Shown: positions 9,251 to 20,021, counted from the stretch's first letter. The stretch: 64,000 bases of DNA from an uncultured Actinomycetota bacterium (GCA_963770565.1 CAVYQE010000002.1:640001-704000); one strand, 5' to 3'. Made by a program: numbers and translations. Notes: generated by a model from the sequence alone, not told the origin.

Positions 9251-10297
9251 GTGCGGAGCCCGGCTGGCACCACGCCGCGGCTCAGGCGCGCCCGGCGGGT
9301 CGCTGCGGCGGCGCTGTCCAGCGCGGTGGTCGTGGCGATGGTCGCGACCGCCGGCGGGTCATCGGCTGCTGCCAGCGCACGGACCAAGACCTCCGCGCAC
9401 ACGTCCGGCGGCACCCGCGGGACGAACGCGAAGCGGCTCGAAAGCCCGGTCCGGGTGGTCAGTTACAACTCCCTCGACGCCAGCTTCGACGGCGAGCGCC
9501 ACCCTGGTGGGATCGGCGCACCGTTCTCCAAGCGGCTTCCCAAGCAGCTCGCCCTGATCCGGCAGAGCGACGCGGCCGTGGTCGGGATCGAAGAGGCCAA
9601 CGCCTGCCTGCACTCGAACCCGCACGCGCCGTGCTGGCGGCAGATCGACGCGATCAACCGCGGTCTGACGCAGTACAACCTGGTCAGCACGAGCCGGAGC
9701 ACCTACTACGACGGCAACTACATCCTCTACAACCCGCAGGTCGTCACCCCGGTCCGCGAGGGCGGTGACTGGGCGGCGGGTCCGATGCACCCTGCCGCGG
9801 ACAACCGGTTCTCGGCGTTCCAGGTCTTCCGGATCAACGCGACCGGCGCCGAGTTCCTGTTCGTCGTGGTCCACACGTTGGCGCCGATGGGCATGACCTA
9901 CGACAAGATCCGCGGCCAGGAAACCCAGAACACGATCAACGCCGCGACCGCCTACGCCAATCGGGTCGGCGTCAGCCCGACGCTGTATGTCGGGGACTTC
10001 AACAGCTATCGCGGCGAGTGGCACGTGCACGACTTGAGCGGTCAGGCGATGCGCAGGGCCGGCATCCACGACGGGATCCTGTACGCCGACCGGCTGGTCA
10101 ACGCGAGGTACGACAGCATCAACGAGCTCTACCGGCACCCACGCAGGGGTCACGGCAGCGCCGACCACATCTATGGGTCAGCCGGGATCGCCTTCGAGAC
10201 CTGGGGTGAGCTGCTCGACCTCAAGCACGGCGAGTTCGCCGGAACGATTCCGTCGGATCACAACCCGATTTACGCCGACGTCGAGATCCCGTACTGA
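9251..10297 (+). CDS. Secreted endonuclease/exonuclease/phosphatase (EEP) family protein
   Basis: Signal peptide; VVSYN, GIEE, GDFN, DHI and SDHNP motifs. Confidence 0.85.
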   Translation: MRSPAGTTPRLRRARRVAAAALSSAVVVAMVATAGGSSAAASARTKTSAHTSGGTRGTNAKRLESPVRVVSYNSLDASFDGERHPGGIGAPFSKRLPKQLALIRQSDAAVVGIEEANACLHSNPHAPCWRQIDAINRGLTQYNLVSTSRSTYYDGNYILYNPQVVTPVREGGDWAAGPMHPAADNRFSAFQVFRINATGAEFLFVVVHTLAPMGMTYDKIRGQETQNTINAATAYANRVGVSPTLYVGDFNSYRGEWHVHDLSGQAMRRAGIHDGILYADRLVNARYDSINELYRHPRRGHGSADHIYGSAGIAFETWGELLDLKHGEFAGTIPSDHNPIYADVEIPY

Positions 10298-10455
10298 CCG
10301 CTAGGGCGGGTCGGTACCATCACTCGTGGTGATGGAGGTGGTGACCGTGATCGGGCCGGCCGTCGATGGCCCCTGACGCAGCCGGCCGAAAATACGGCGC
10401 GATCCTGACGCCCGATCGATTGACCCTCAGGATGGGCGGACGTACACAGGGAGGC

Positions 10456-11229
10456 ATGCCGCAGTTGAAGTCGCTGGCGGGTCGCGACCGGCTGGCGTTG
10501 GTGACCGGCCTGACCGCCCCACTCGCGATGTGCGCGGTGCTGGTGCCGTTCCGCCGCAGTTTTCCCAACACCGATGCCGCCCTGGTGCTGGTGGCCGTGA
10601 TCGTCGCGGTTGCCGCCCTCGGCAACCGGCTCGGCGGTGCGCTCGCTGCACTGTCGGCGGGGATCTGGTTCGACTTCTTCCTCACCAGGCCTTACGACCG
10701 GTTCTCGATCAGTGCCCGGACCGACATCGAAACCACCGTGTTGCTGTTCGGGGTCGGGATGGCGGTGACCGAACTCGCCGTGTGGGGTCGCCGGCAGCAC
10801 CACCGCGCTGCAGAGACCGCCGGGTATCTCGCCGGTTTGACCGCGACCGCGGACGCGGCGCTTACGGGCGGCTCACCGACCAAATTGGTCCACCGGGTCG
10901 CGCAGGAGCTGACCCGGGTGCTCGACCTGCAGAACTGCCGATTCCACTTCGGGTCCGGGGTCGGCAACCCGAGGCTGCGCCACGACGGGTCGTTGTCCTG
11001 GGGTGCGACCACCTGGGATGTCGACGCCGAAGGACTGCCGCCTGACGTCGAGACCGAGCTCATCGTCGCGGCCGGCGACGGATTCCACGGCAGGTTCCTC
11101 ATGACGCCCAAACCGGGGTCGCGGATCACGCTGACGCAGCGGCTGGTCGCGGTGACCCTCGCCGACCAGGTAGGTGCGGCGCTCGCGACGTACCAACCGA
11201 TCTCGAGCGAAGCGGGACTGACCTCGTGA
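10456..11229 (+). CDS. DUF4118 (KdpD-type transmembrane) domain protein
   Basis: GGAGG RBS; four TM segments with FDFFLTRPY motif, followed by a GAF-like soluble part. Confidence 0.8.
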   Translation: MPQLKSLAGRDRLALVTGLTAPLAMCAVLVPFRRSFPNTDAALVLVAVIVAVAALGNRLGGALAALSAGIWFDFFLTRPYDRFSISARTDIETTVLLFGVGMAVTELAVWGRRQHHRAAETAGYLAGLTATADAALTGGSPTKLVHRVAQELTRVLDLQNCRFHFGSGVGNPRLRHDGSLSWGATTWDVDAEGLPPDVETELIVAAGDGFHGRFLMTPKPGSRITLTQRLVAVTLADQVGAALATYQPISSEAGLTS

Positions 11230-11280
11230 CAGCGAGGCCCGGCCGCCGAAGCGACCGGGCCTGCCACGTCCGCAGCGGGG

Positions 11281-11568
11281 TCACATCGCGATGAGTTCGC
11301 CGACCTCCACCGCACCGCCGTGCGACAGGCCCGGGCAGCCCTTGGCGAGCAGCACCGCGGCCTCGAGGTCGGCCGCCGAGATGACGGTGTAGCCGGAGAC
11401 GACGGTGCCTGCCGGAGCGTTGCCCAGCGTGCTTGTGGCACCGACCTGGCTACCCGGGTCGACGATCGATTCGCCGATGCTCCCGAACCACTCCATCCAC
11501 TTGCCGCCTTCGGCCTCGGAGACGGTGTGGTCGCTGCTGTTGCGGAAAGTCAGTACGAAGTTGGCCAT
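11281..11568 (-). CDS. YciI-like protein
   Basis: W..WF, SGYTVISAADLEAAVLLAKGCP...GGAVEVGE pattern. Confidence 0.75.
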   Translation of the reverse strand: MANFVLTFRNSSDHTVSEAEGGKWMEWFGSIGESIVDPGSQVGATSTLGNAPAGTVVSGYTVISAADLEAAVLLAKGCPGLSHGGAVEVGELIAM

Positions 11569-11751
11569 TCGTGATCTCTCCTCGTCTGCGCCGGCCTCGC
11601 GCCCGCGCTCACAATGTCGACGCGCGAGCGGGTGCCGGATCGACAGTTAGCGACCTCGCACAATCAGGGCATCTGTGATGAGGTGGGGCTCTCGTCCGGG
11701 ATCGGCGGCAACGCGTGAGCGTGGCCGGCTGGACAGTAAGGAGGAGCCGCC

Positions 11752-12264
11752 ATGCGACTCACGAAACGACTTGGTCTTGCGCTCGGCGCGATCGTCATGG
11801 TCTGCGCGATGGCGCTACCGGCCGCCGGCCTTCCGGCATTCACCACCGCGCCGAAGTCGGCGCCCGACCCGCACCCGACGCACCTGACCCAGCTCTGGCG
11901 GGTCCGGACCGGCGAGCACACCGCGTTCGACCGGATCGTGTTCGCCGAGCGGTTCTCCCCGTCGGGCTACAACGTCCGCTACGTCAAGCACGTGGTCGCC
12001 GACGCGAGTGGCAAGCGAGTGCACCTCAACGGAAAGTTCTTCCTCAACGTCAGCGTCCCCAACACTTCGACCAGCGGCGCGGCCGGCACGCCGACCTTCG
12101 TGCACCGGGTCTACAACCCGGCGCTGCCCGAGATCCTTCAGATCAAGAAGACCGGCGAGTTCGAAGGGGTCGTCTCGTTCGGCATCGGTCTGGCGAAACG
12201 CAAGGGCTTCCGGGTGTTCCTGTTGCACAAGCCGCTGCGACTGGTGATCGACGTCCACCACTGA
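11752..12264 (+). CDS. Secreted AMIN-like domain protein
   Basis: AAGGAGGAG RBS; signal peptide; GEH..FDRIVF, DASG, GEFEG, P.RLVIDV motifs. Confidence 0.8.
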   Translation: MRLTKRLGLALGAIVMVCAMALPAAGLPAFTTAPKSAPDPHPTHLTQLWRVRTGEHTAFDRIVFAERFSPSGYNVRYVKHVVADASGKRVHLNGKFFLNVSVPNTSTSGAAGTPTFVHRVYNPALPEILQIKKTGEFEGVVSFGIGLAKRKGFRVFLLHKPLRLVIDVHH

Positions 12265-12285
12265 CGCGGTACGCCGTAACGCGGT

Positions 12286-12711
12286 CTAGTGCAGGGCTTC
12301 GCTCGCCGCCTTGAGACCGGCCGCCTCGAGCCGGAGATAGCCCCTGGTCCGGCGACCGGTCAGGGCCTCGACGATCCCGGCCAGCGGGCCGTGGTGCTCG
12401 GCTTCGAGCAGGATCTGAGTCGTACCGTCCGGGTTGGCGTGGAGCGTGTGGCGGCCGACCGTGCGGACTCCGGCCGAACGCGCGGTCCAGGTGAATCCTT
12501 CGGGCTCGCGCAGCTCCTCGACCACCCACACCAGGGCCGGCGTGCCGGGCTGCTTTATCCGCGCCCTGCTGCCGACCTCGAGCGGGCCCTCGTCGAGGCG
12601 CTCGACCGAAGTGATCGACGCGGTCCACTGCGGCCACGACGTGACATCGACAAGCGCCGACCAGGCCCGCTCGACGCTCGCCGTGGTCGTCGCGGTGGCA
12701 TCCAGGGACAT
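12286..12711 (-). CDS. SRPBCC (polyketide cyclase/dehydrase) family protein
   Basis: ERAWSALVDVTSWPQW...GLKAASE pattern. Confidence 0.85.
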   Translation of the reverse strand: MSLDATATTTASVERAWSALVDVTSWPQWTASITSVERLDEGPLEVGSRARIKQPGTPALVWVVEELREPEGFTWTARSAGVRTVGRHTLHANPDGTTQILLEAEHHGPLAGIVEALTGRRTRGYLRLEAAGLKAASEALH

Positions 12712-12750
12712 CGCCGCTCACTCTCCCGTCGCCGTCTCAGGGCCGCAATG

Positions 12751-12817
12751 TGTACCGACCGGTACAGTAGTCCAGGACAAGCGGTACGGCAAACTGATCT
12801 GTGTTCCAAGTGGTACG
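12751..12817. promoter_or_regulatory. Putative TetR operators TGTACC-N4-GGTACA (12751-12766, 12802-12817)
   Basis: One perfect and one degenerate palindrome between divergent SRPBCC and TetR genes. Confidence 0.6.
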
Positions 12818-12825
12818 TTTGGCTC

Positions 12826-13449
12826 ATGGTGGACGAAATCACGTTGAGCTCCGGCAGCGCGGCACGAACCCGGCTGCTGACTGCCGCGATCAGTTACGCG
12901 CAGGACAGCGGGATCAGCGACGTCAGCCTTCGCGAGATCGCTCGTGCGATCGGCACGAGTCACCGGATGCTGATCTACCACTTCGGGTCCAAGGAAGGCT
13001 TGCTGGTCGCGATCGTTCAAGCGATGGAGGCGGGTCAGGTCGAGCTGTTGGCCGAGCTAGCGGCCGACTCCGATCACGATCCGATCCACTCGGTCAGAAC
13101 GATGTGGAGGCAACTCGCCGACCCGGCCATGTGGCCGTTCGAGCGGCTGTTCTACGAGATGTACGGGCAGGCGCTACAGGGCCGACCCGGGACGGTAGAA
13201 CTCCTCGACGGCATCATCGACACGGTCCTCGAGCCCGCCGCCGAGTATTGGCGCGCACTCGGTCTCACACCGGCCAAGGCGCGGGCCCAGGCCCGCCTCG
13301 GCATCGCGGTCATCCGGGGACTCATCCTCGATCTGCTCACGACAAAGGACCGTAAGGGCGTTGACGCGGCGCTCGAGGCATTCATCGAGATGATGAAGCG
13401 GGTCATCCCTGAGTCGCCCGCGCGACCGAAGGCCCGGGTCGCGCGCTGA
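12826..13449 (+). CDS. TetR family transcriptional regulator
   Basis: SLREIARAIGTSHRMLIYHFGSKEGL HTH. Confidence 0.9.
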   Translation: MVDEITLSSGSAARTRLLTAAISYAQDSGISDVSLREIARAIGTSHRMLIYHFGSKEGLLVAIVQAMEAGQVELLAELAADSDHDPIHSVRTMWRQLADPAMWPFERLFYEMYGQALQGRPGTVELLDGIIDTVLEPAAEYWRALGLTPAKARAQARLGIAVIRGLILDLLTTKDRKGVDAALEAFIEMMKRVIPESPARPKARVAR

Positions 13450-13485
13450 GCCGATCGTCGTCACCGCTTTGGAGGGCAACAGGCC

Positions 13486-13845
13486 ATGCAGAAGCGAAAT
13501 CTCGACGAGGTGCTGGATCGCGTCAGCGAGCAGTGGGCGCCCAAGAAGGTCGCGGACCTCAACGACTACGAGGTCAAGGTGGTGAAGGTGCTGGGCGAGT
13601 TCGTCTGGCACCAGCACGACGAGACCGACGAGTTCTTCTACGTGTTGTCAGGTGATGTCACGATCCAGCTGCGCGACGGTGATGTTGCCCTGACCCAGGG
13701 TGATGTGTACGTCGTACCGCGCGGGGTTGAGCACTGCCCGAAGGCAGCCGCGGAGGTGCGGCTGATGCTGATCGAACCGCGCGGCGTCGTGAACACCGGC
13801 GACGCCGGCGGCGAACTGACCCACCCGGTGGAGGACCTCACGTAG
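13486..13845 (+). CDS. Cupin domain protein
   Basis: GEFVWHQHDETDEFF...VPRGVEHCP. Confidence 0.9.
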   Translation: MQKRNLDEVLDRVSEQWAPKKVADLNDYEVKVVKVLGEFVWHQHDETDEFFYVLSGDVTIQLRDGDVALTQGDVYVVPRGVEHCPKAAAEVRLMLIEPRGVVNTGDAGGELTHPVEDLT

Positions 13846-13877
13846 CCGAAGTCACTTGCCAGAGCGTCCCGGCCGGT

Positions 13878-13909
13878 TGTACCGTTTGGTTCATGTTCCA
13901 TTCGGTACA
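13878..13909. promoter_or_regulatory. Tandem putative TetR operators (TGTACCGTTTGGTTCA, TGTTCCATTCGGTACA)
   Basis: Same 6-4-6 consensus as 12751-12766, directly upstream of the second SRPBCC gene. Confidence 0.6.
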
Positions 13910-13925
13910 ACGAAGGCAGGATGTC

Positions 13926-14423
13926 ATGGCACGGTTGAAGGTCGAAGCAGAGGGCGTCGCGAGCGCCAGTCCGGCGGATGTCTGGGCGTTGGTCGCGGAC
14001 GCAAGCAGTTACGCCGGTTGGGGACCGTGGGACGGCAGCGGCGACAAGTACCCCGGAGACCAGCCGTCGGGCACGGTCGGCACGATGCGCTGGCTGAGAT
14101 ACCGCAACACCACAACCGTCGAGCTGGTGCTCGACAGCGAACCCAACGAGCGGCTGGTCTACAGCGTGCTCAGGGGGATTCCGGTGCGCAACTACGAGGC
14201 ACAGGTGATCATCACCCCGATCGCCACCGGCACCCACGTCAGGTGGGCGGCGGAGTGGGATCGGACCATCGCCGGCTGGCTCGTGCAGCGCAAGCTCCGC
14301 ACGCTCTACCCGCAGATCATGGCTCGGCTGCTCGCCGCAGCCGAACGGCGCGCGATCACCGCACGGTCCGAAGACCTCGCGGACTCCACGCTCGCCCGGA
14401 CCGGTACGCGCAGAATCGCGTAA
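13926..14423 (+). CDS. SRPBCC family protein
   Basis: ASPADVWALVADASSYAGW...LVYSVLRGIPVRNYEA. Confidence 0.85.
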   Translation: MARLKVEAEGVASASPADVWALVADASSYAGWGPWDGSGDKYPGDQPSGTVGTMRWLRYRNTTTVELVLDSEPNERLVYSVLRGIPVRNYEAQVIITPIATGTHVRWAAEWDRTIAGWLVQRKLRTLYPQIMARLLAAAERRAITARSEDLADSTLARTGTRRIA

Positions 14424-14497
14424 CCGCGGCGCTGTCGCGTTAGCGTCTCCGCGCGACGCGAGGCATCGTTTGAGGCCGAGGCGGGTAGGTCTCAGAG

Positions 14498-15700
14498 GTG
14501 CTTGCGACTGACCAGTGCATCGCCGGGCGTTACGTCCTCCGAACCCGAATCGCCACCGGCGGGATGGGCGAGGTGTGGCGCGCCCTCGACGAACGCCTTG
14601 ACCGCGAGGTGGCGATCAAGGTGCTCCGGGCCGAGTACGCCGACGACGAGGCGCTGCGAACGCGGCTCCGCCTCGAGGCACGGTCCGCTGCAGCCTTGAG
14701 CTCCGAGTGCGTCGTGGCCGTCTACGACTGGGGAGAGCAGATCGACGAGGCCGGCCGCGGGTCGTCGTACATCGTGATGGAGTTGGTCGACAGCGATACC
14801 GTCGCGGCCCTTCTCGCCCGGGAACGGCGGCTGGCTCCGGACCGCACCGCGGAGATTCTCGCGGACACCGCGTGCGGCCTCGCCGCCGCGCGCCAGCACG
14901 GCCTGGTGCATCGCGACATCAAACCGTCCAACCTCCTGATCACCGGCGAGGGACGGGTCAAGGTTGCCGACTTCGGCATCGCCCGGGCCTACGACGCGCT
15001 CGCGCTGACTGCGACCGGCACCCTGCTGGGGACGGCGCACTACCTGTCCCCGGAACAGGTCCGCGGTCAGAGCGCGACGCCGGCCAGTGACATCTACAGC
15101 CTCGGCGTCGTCGCCTACCAATGTCTGACCGGCGAGCTCCCGTTTCGCGGTGACGGTGACATCGCCACTGCAACCGCCCGGCTGAACGCCTCGCCGCCGC
15201 CGATGCCGGTTGACGTCCCGGCGCCGATGCACGAGTTGGTCGCCAGCATGCTTGACGACGATCCACTCGGGCGGCCCAGCGCGGCAGCAATCGCGGCGGG
15301 GCCGGCGCGACCGACCAGACCAATGCCCATTCCGCAGGTCCCGCATCGCCGTCCGACCACCCGCGCGGCAACCGTCGTCGGTGCCTTAGTCCTTGCGGTG
15401 GTCGCCGCCGTCCTCCTAGTGCCGGCATTGTTGGGAGGTACGCCGAAAGCAGGTGGGACTCACTCGGCGGGCAGGTCGACTCACCCGGCGGCCGCAAGCC
15501 CACGTACGACGACCAGCCCGTCCGCACCGGTGGCGACCTCGGCTGTCACTCCGCCAGGCCTTGCGCAGCCGGTCAACCGGCACGGGCCGGGGCCTGGGCC
15601 CGGGCATCGACCGCCGGGCAAGAAGCCCGGGCCGCCGGGGCAGCTCAAGAAGCACAAGCACGGCCACGGGACGAAGCCACCCGGTCCGGCGGGACCTTAA
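14498..15700 (+). CDS. Transmembrane Ser/Thr protein kinase
   Basis: GGMGEVW, VAIK, HRDIKPSN, DFG and YLSPE motifs; TM helix; Pro/Gly/His-rich tail. Confidence 0.92.
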   Translation: MLATDQCIAGRYVLRTRIATGGMGEVWRALDERLDREVAIKVLRAEYADDEALRTRLRLEARSAAALSSECVVAVYDWGEQIDEAGRGSSYIVMELVDSDTVAALLARERRLAPDRTAEILADTACGLAAARQHGLVHRDIKPSNLLITGEGRVKVADFGIARAYDALALTATGTLLGTAHYLSPEQVRGQSATPASDIYSLGVVAYQCLTGELPFRGDGDIATATARLNASPPPMPVDVPAPMHELVASMLDDDPLGRPSAAAIAAGPARPTRPMPIPQVPHRRPTTRAATVVGALVLAVVAAVLLVPALLGGTPKAGGTHSAGRSTHPAAASPRTTTSPSAPVATSAVTPPGLAQPVNRHGPGPGPGHRPPGKKPGPPGQLKKHKHGHGTKPPGPAGP

Positions 15701-15802
15701 CGATCGGAAACCATCGACGCAGTTGCCTGTGAAGTCCCTGCCAATCTTGGCGGCGGCTTGCGATCCACCGGTCGATCGACGAGGGTCGCCGGTAGGGGGT
15801 AA

Positions 15803-16267
15803 ATGCCAATGTGGTTCAAACGATGTCCCGCACTGATCGGATCGGGAGCCCTCGGGCTCACCTGCCTGCTCGCCGGAGCCGCGCCAGCAAGCGCATCAGA
15901 TCGGCCGACCGACGTCGCGTTCGTCCATGCCTTTCACTTCCAGGTGCTGCACCACGACGGCACGGTCACTGCGATCGTCCGCGCTCGGTGCATACCCGGC
16001 TGGGAGGCGGTCGAGGTCGACGTACGGATCACCCAGGATGACTCCGACGCTGACGGGTTCGTCGTGCCGACGATCGCGTGCGACAACCGTTGGCACCCCG
16101 TCGTGTTCCGGCTCACTGATGTCGCCGGCACCTTCCACCCCGGTGCAGTCGCCGTCTCGAGTCAGATCCTCGTGACCAACGACGAGAGCGGCGATTCTGC
16201 AGGCGGTCACGACAACCAGCGGAAAGCCGTGGCCGGGTTCCTGCACAAACACTGCGGGCCGGCCTAG
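15803..16267 (+). CDS. Secreted hypothetical protein
   Basis: Signal peptide ending ASA; paired Cys (ARC...IACDNRWH). Confidence 0.65.
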   Translation: MPMWFKRCPALIGSGALGLTCLLAGAAPASASDRPTDVAFVHAFHFQVLHHDGTVTAIVRARCIPGWEAVEVDVRITQDDSDADGFVVPTIACDNRWHPVVFRLTDVAGTFHPGAVAVSSQILVTNDESGDSAGGHDNQRKAVAGFLHKHCGPA

Positions 16268-16287
16268 AACTCGCGGGCCCGAAGACA

Positions 16288-16326
16288 CGACCGTACGCCG
16301 ACCCGGGGGGTGTCGGCGTACGGTCG
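16288..16326. terminator. Hairpin between convergent genes, possible bidirectional terminator
   Basis: Perfect 15-bp stem CGACCGTACGCCGAC/GTCGGCGTACGGTCG. Confidence 0.65.
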
Positions 16327-16350
16327 CGCCGAAGACGGCGCCTGAGCGAG

Positions 16351-16902
16351 CTAGCACTTCACCCGAGGGTTCCACATCGCAAAGTTGCCGGCCGGGTTGT
16401 GGTACCAGGCCCACGCGTGGAGCGAGTAGAACGCCGGGAGGCCGTAGCGGTTACCGGCCGGCGTCGTCATGAACACCTGCCCGAACAGCGTGGGCGGCGA
16501 CGAGTGACTCGCGTCCCACGCCTTCTTCAGCACGACGTACTCCGCGGCCGCCAGCGTCAGCATCCCGTCCTTGTTGATCCGGTAGACGAGCGCCTCCGGT
16601 TGACGGACGTGCTCGGCGGGATCGCCGACCAGCGAGCCCTTCACGAAGTGCACGCCCATCCCGCCCATGCCAGGCATGGCGATGCAGGCGACGCCTTTTG
16701 CGTCGGTGAACAGCTCATAGCCGGCATTCTCGGCGCGTTGCAGATTGCGATAGCGCCCCATGGCCTTGCGAAGCGCGGTGAGCCCGGAGGTCTTGTGTGC
16801 GCCGGCCGGGCGGGATGAGCTGTGGGTGTAGGCCACCGCTGCCCCACCGGACAGCAGCAGGGCGGAGACGGTGAGAGCGGCAATTGCGGTGCGACGAATC
16901 AT
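16351..16902 (-). CDS. Secreted hypothetical protein (GMGVH...LHAW...NPxGxFAxWNP motifs)
   Basis: Signal peptide; ATGA overlap with the upstream gene; conserved-looking His/Met/Cys motifs. Confidence 0.75.
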   Translation of the reverse strand: MIRRTAIAALTVSALLLSGGAAVAYTHSSSRPAGAHKTSGLTALRKAMGRYRNLQRAENAGYELFTDAKGVACIAMPGMGGMGVHFVKGSLVGDPAEHVRQPEALVYRINKDGMLTLAAAEYVVLKKAWDASHSSPPTLFGQVFMTTPAGNRYGLPAFYSLHAWAWYHNPAGNFAMWNPRVKC

Positions 16903-17150
16903 GATCCCTCCTGCACTTCGAGCACCTGATCGGCCACGAGGCCGTGCGCTTCGCGGTGGACCGCCGATGCGGCCGCGGCGTTCGGCGCCTCGACGAGGCA
17001 GAAGACGTTGCCTTCGGCCTCGTTCACCCAGTAGCGCAGGTACTTCACGTCGTAGGCGTCCTGCGTCTGCAGGTCGGCCTGATGAGCCTTGGCAACGTCG
17101 TCGACAGTGACACCATCGCCAAGTCGGTGAACATCCATGAACAACGGCAC
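16899..17150 (-). CDS. DUF4242 / SCO4226-like metal-binding protein
   Basis: GGAGGAGA RBS, GTG start; FMDVH...AHQADL...YWV...FCLVEAP...VHREAHG. Confidence 0.85.
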   Translation of the reverse strand: MPLFMDVHRLGDGVTVDDVAKAHQADLQTQDAYDVKYLRYWVNEAEGNVFCLVEAPNAAAASAVHREAHGLVADQVLEVQEGS

Positions 17151-17182
17151 GGGTTCTCCTCCGGTCTGATTGGGACCGGGCA

Positions 17183-17251
17183 AACGTAGGTTCGGGCGGG
17201 TGCCGGGCACATCGGCGTCAGATGCCCAGATTTCACCCCCGGATACCTATA
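17183..17251 (-). promoter_or_regulatory. Putative LAL-activated promoter, copy 1
   Basis: Plus-strand CACATCGG-N7-TGCCCAGA-N13-TACCTATA; minus-strand -10 TACGTT separated from it by 19 nt; same layout at 20491-20559. Confidence 0.55.
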
Positions 17252-17417
17252 AATCGGCGCCGCCGAGCGCGCGGCGATTCCGCCCGGGCCGGGTCCGTCT
17301 CGATCGGCAAAACTCTGCACCCCGAAGCGCTGTTTGCTCGCCTACGATCGCCTCGTGATCGGGGCTGGATGCAGCGCCGCTGCAGGCTCCACATCGAGCG
17401 GATCGCGAGGCGGCGTC

Positions 17418-20021
17418 GTGCTGATCGAGCGAGAGGAGCACCTGGTCGCGCTGCGGCATGCCCATGACGAGGTACGCGGTGGCGAGGACGGGCGGCTCAT
17501 CCTCGTCGCCGGTGAGGCCGGTGCGGGCAAGAGCGCGCTGGTCCGTGCACTCGCCGAAGAACTGGATCCCGGCACTGCGGTCCTTATCGGCCGTTGCGAT
17601 GCCCTGTTTACGCCGGCGCCGCTCGGGCCGTTTCTCGACATCGTCAGCGAGCTCGGCAGCGAAGTGCAGGAACTCGTCGGCGGAGGCGGCCGGCCCCACG
17701 AGGTCACATCCGGGTTGCTCGAGGCACTTGCAGCGAGGCCGTCCGTCCTTGTTCTCGAGGACTTGCATTGGGCCGACGAGGCCAGCCTCGACGTCCTCCG
17801 GATGATGGCCCGCCGCCTCGGTGGGACACCGGTTCTTGTCGTGGCCACCTACCGCGAAGACGAGCTCGGCCCGACCCATCCGCTCCGGCTGATCCTCGGG
17901 GACCTGGCCACCCAGCCCGACGTGACCCGCCTCGCGGTAGGCCCACTGTCGCGCGACGGCGTCGCCCAGCTGGTCGGTGCTCGCGGGTTGGACGTCGACG
18001 AGCTGCATCGCCGCACCGGCGGCAACGCGTTCTTTGTGACCGAGGTCATCGATGCCGGCGCCGGGCCGGTCCCGCTGACCATTCGCGACACCGTCCTGGC
18101 CCGGGTAGCTCGCCTCGACGAACCGGCGCGGGCCGTGCTCGACGCGGTCGCCGTCGTACCGCGGGATTGCGAATACTGGCTGCTGGAGGCGGTCGTACCA
18201 GGCCTCCGCGGACTCGACGAATGCCTAGCGGCGGGCATCCTGTCCGACGCGGGCGAGTCGGTCCGGTTCCGGCACGAGCTCGCCCGAATCACCGTGCACG
18301 ACGCCGTGCCGCCGGTGCGCCGGCGCGCGTTGCATCAACTCGTGCTCGAAGCGTTGAGTGCGGCGCCGGCGCCAGATCCGGCCCGGCTGTCACACCACGC
18401 GCACGGGGCCGGCGATGCCCGCGCAACGTTGCGGTTCGCCCCGCAGGCGGCCGAGGCCGCGGCTCGGCACGGGTCGCACCGCGAGGCGGCCAGGCAGTAT
18501 GCCCGGGCGATCGACGTTGCCGTGGTCGAGGACCCGTCGCTGCTCGGCGATCTGTACGACGGCCGGGCGTACTCGTGCTACTTGACCGGGGACTTCCCCA
18601 GCGCGGTCGCCGCTCAACGGCAGGCAGTCGAGCACCACCGCGCGGCTGGCGACCGGCGGCGCCAGGGCGACGCGGCCCGCGTGCTGTCCCTGCTGGTTCG
18701 GTACGAAGGCGACCTCGACGCCGCCTGGCAGATCGGCTTCGAGGCGGTCGAGGTGCTGAAGGGATTGCCCGCGAGCCGCGAGGCCGCGCTCGCGTATGCC
18801 AACCTGTCGCATCTCGCGACCAACGCTGAGGACGCGGACGCCTCGCGATCGTGGGCCAGCAGGGCACTGGACGCCGCGGATCGCGCTGATGACGTCGAGG
18901 CGCACATCTACGCTGAGCTCAACCTGGCCAGCCTGGAAGCCCTCACGGGTGATCCGGCGGCATCGGGGCATCTCGAGGACCTGCTCGCGCGCGCGAAGCA
19001 GAACGAGTTGGAAGAGCAGGCCGGGCGCTGTTACGTGAGCCTGGTCTGGTGGTCCTTCCGCGGCCGCCGGTATGCCGAGGCCGACCGGTATGTCGAGGCC
19101 GGGCTCGCGTTCTGCGACGAGCGGGGTCTCGACTTGTGGCAGGCATATCTACTGGCCTACCAGGCCCGTTCGGCGCTCGACCGCGGGCGGTGGGATGACG
19201 CGGTCGCTTCTGCGACGACAATCCTGATGAACCCGCGGACCTCGCCGGTGCCACGGTCGTCGGCGCTCGCCGTTGTCGGGCTGGTGCGGGCGCGACGTGG
19301 TGAGCCCGACCCTTGGGCGCCGCTCGACGAGGCGTGGGAGTTGGTTCGTGAGTCGGGTGAACTCCAACGAATCGAGCCGGTCGCCCTTGCCCGAGCCGAA
19401 GCGCTGTGGCTCGCTGGACGGTCTGACGAGATTCATGCCGCGACCGGCCTCGCCCTCGGCCTGGCGGTCGACCGCGGTGTTCCGTGGATCGCGGGCGAGT
19501 TCATGCTTTGGCGCCGGCGAGCGGACGCAGCGACCGGCGGACCTGACGACCTTGCCGGAGACCTACCGGAGCCCTTCCGGAGCGAGCTCGACGGCGAGTG
19601 GCGGCGGGCGAGCGACCTGTGGCGAGATCTCGATGCGCCGTACGAGGCAGCGCTCGCCCTGGCGTCGTCCACTGGCGAAGCCGACCTCCGGCAGGCTCTT
19701 GACGAGCTCCGAACGCTCGGCGCCGAGGCCGCGACGGCGATCACGGTGCGGCGGATGCGTGAACTTGGGTTGCGCGGGCTCCCGCGCGGACCCTACGCGG
19801 CAACAAGGAACAACCCTGCCCAGCTCACAGCTCGCGAGATCGAAACCCTAGGGCTCCTCGCGACCGGGCTTCGCAACCAGGAGATCGCGACGTCGCTGTT
19901 CATTTCGCAGCGCACGGTCGACCACCATGTCGCGGCGATCCTGCGCAAGCTCGACGTCCGCAACCGCGAGGACGCGATCAAGAAGGCCGCGGACCTCGGC
20001 ATTCTCGCCGAGGGCGGATAG
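17418..20021 (+). CDS. LuxR-family large ATP-binding regulator (AAA + C-terminal LuxR HTH)
   Basis: GEAGAGKS Walker A; LEDLHWAD; GGNAFF; LTAREIETL...NQEIA...TVDHHV. Confidence 0.92.
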   Translation: MLIEREEHLVALRHAHDEVRGGEDGRLILVAGEAGAGKSALVRALAEELDPGTAVLIGRCDALFTPAPLGPFLDIVSELGSEVQELVGGGGRPHEVTSGLLEALAARPSVLVLEDLHWADEASLDVLRMMARRLGGTPVLVVATYREDELGPTHPLRLILGDLATQPDVTRLAVGPLSRDGVAQLVGARGLDVDELHRRTGGNAFFVTEVIDAGAGPVPLTIRDTVLARVARLDEPARAVLDAVAVVPRDCEYWLLEAVVPGLRGLDECLAAGILSDAGESVRFRHELARITVHDAVPPVRRRALHQLVLEALSAAPAPDPARLSHHAHGAGDARATLRFAPQAAEAAARHGSHREAARQYARAIDVAVVEDPSLLGDLYDGRAYSCYLTGDFPSAVAAQRQAVEHHRAAGDRRRQGDAARVLSLLVRYEGDLDAAWQIGFEAVEVLKGLPASREAALAYANLSHLATNAEDADASRSWASRALDAADRADDVEAHIYAELNLASLEALTGDPAASGHLEDLLARAKQNELEEQAGRCYVSLVWWSFRGRRYAEADRYVEAGLAFCDERGLDLWQAYLLAYQARSALDRGRWDDAVASATTILMNPRTSPVPRSSALAVVGLVRARRGEPDPWAPLDEAWELVRESGELQRIEPVALARAEALWLAGRSDEIHAATGLALGLAVDRGVPWIAGEFMLWRRRADAATGGPDDLAGDLPEPFRSELDGEWRRASDLWRDLDAPYEAALALASSTGEADLRQALDELRTLGAEAATAITVRRMRELGLRGLPRGPYAATRNNPAQLTAREIETLGLLATGLRNQEIATSLFISQRTVDHHVAAILRKLDVRNREDAIKKAADLGILAEGG

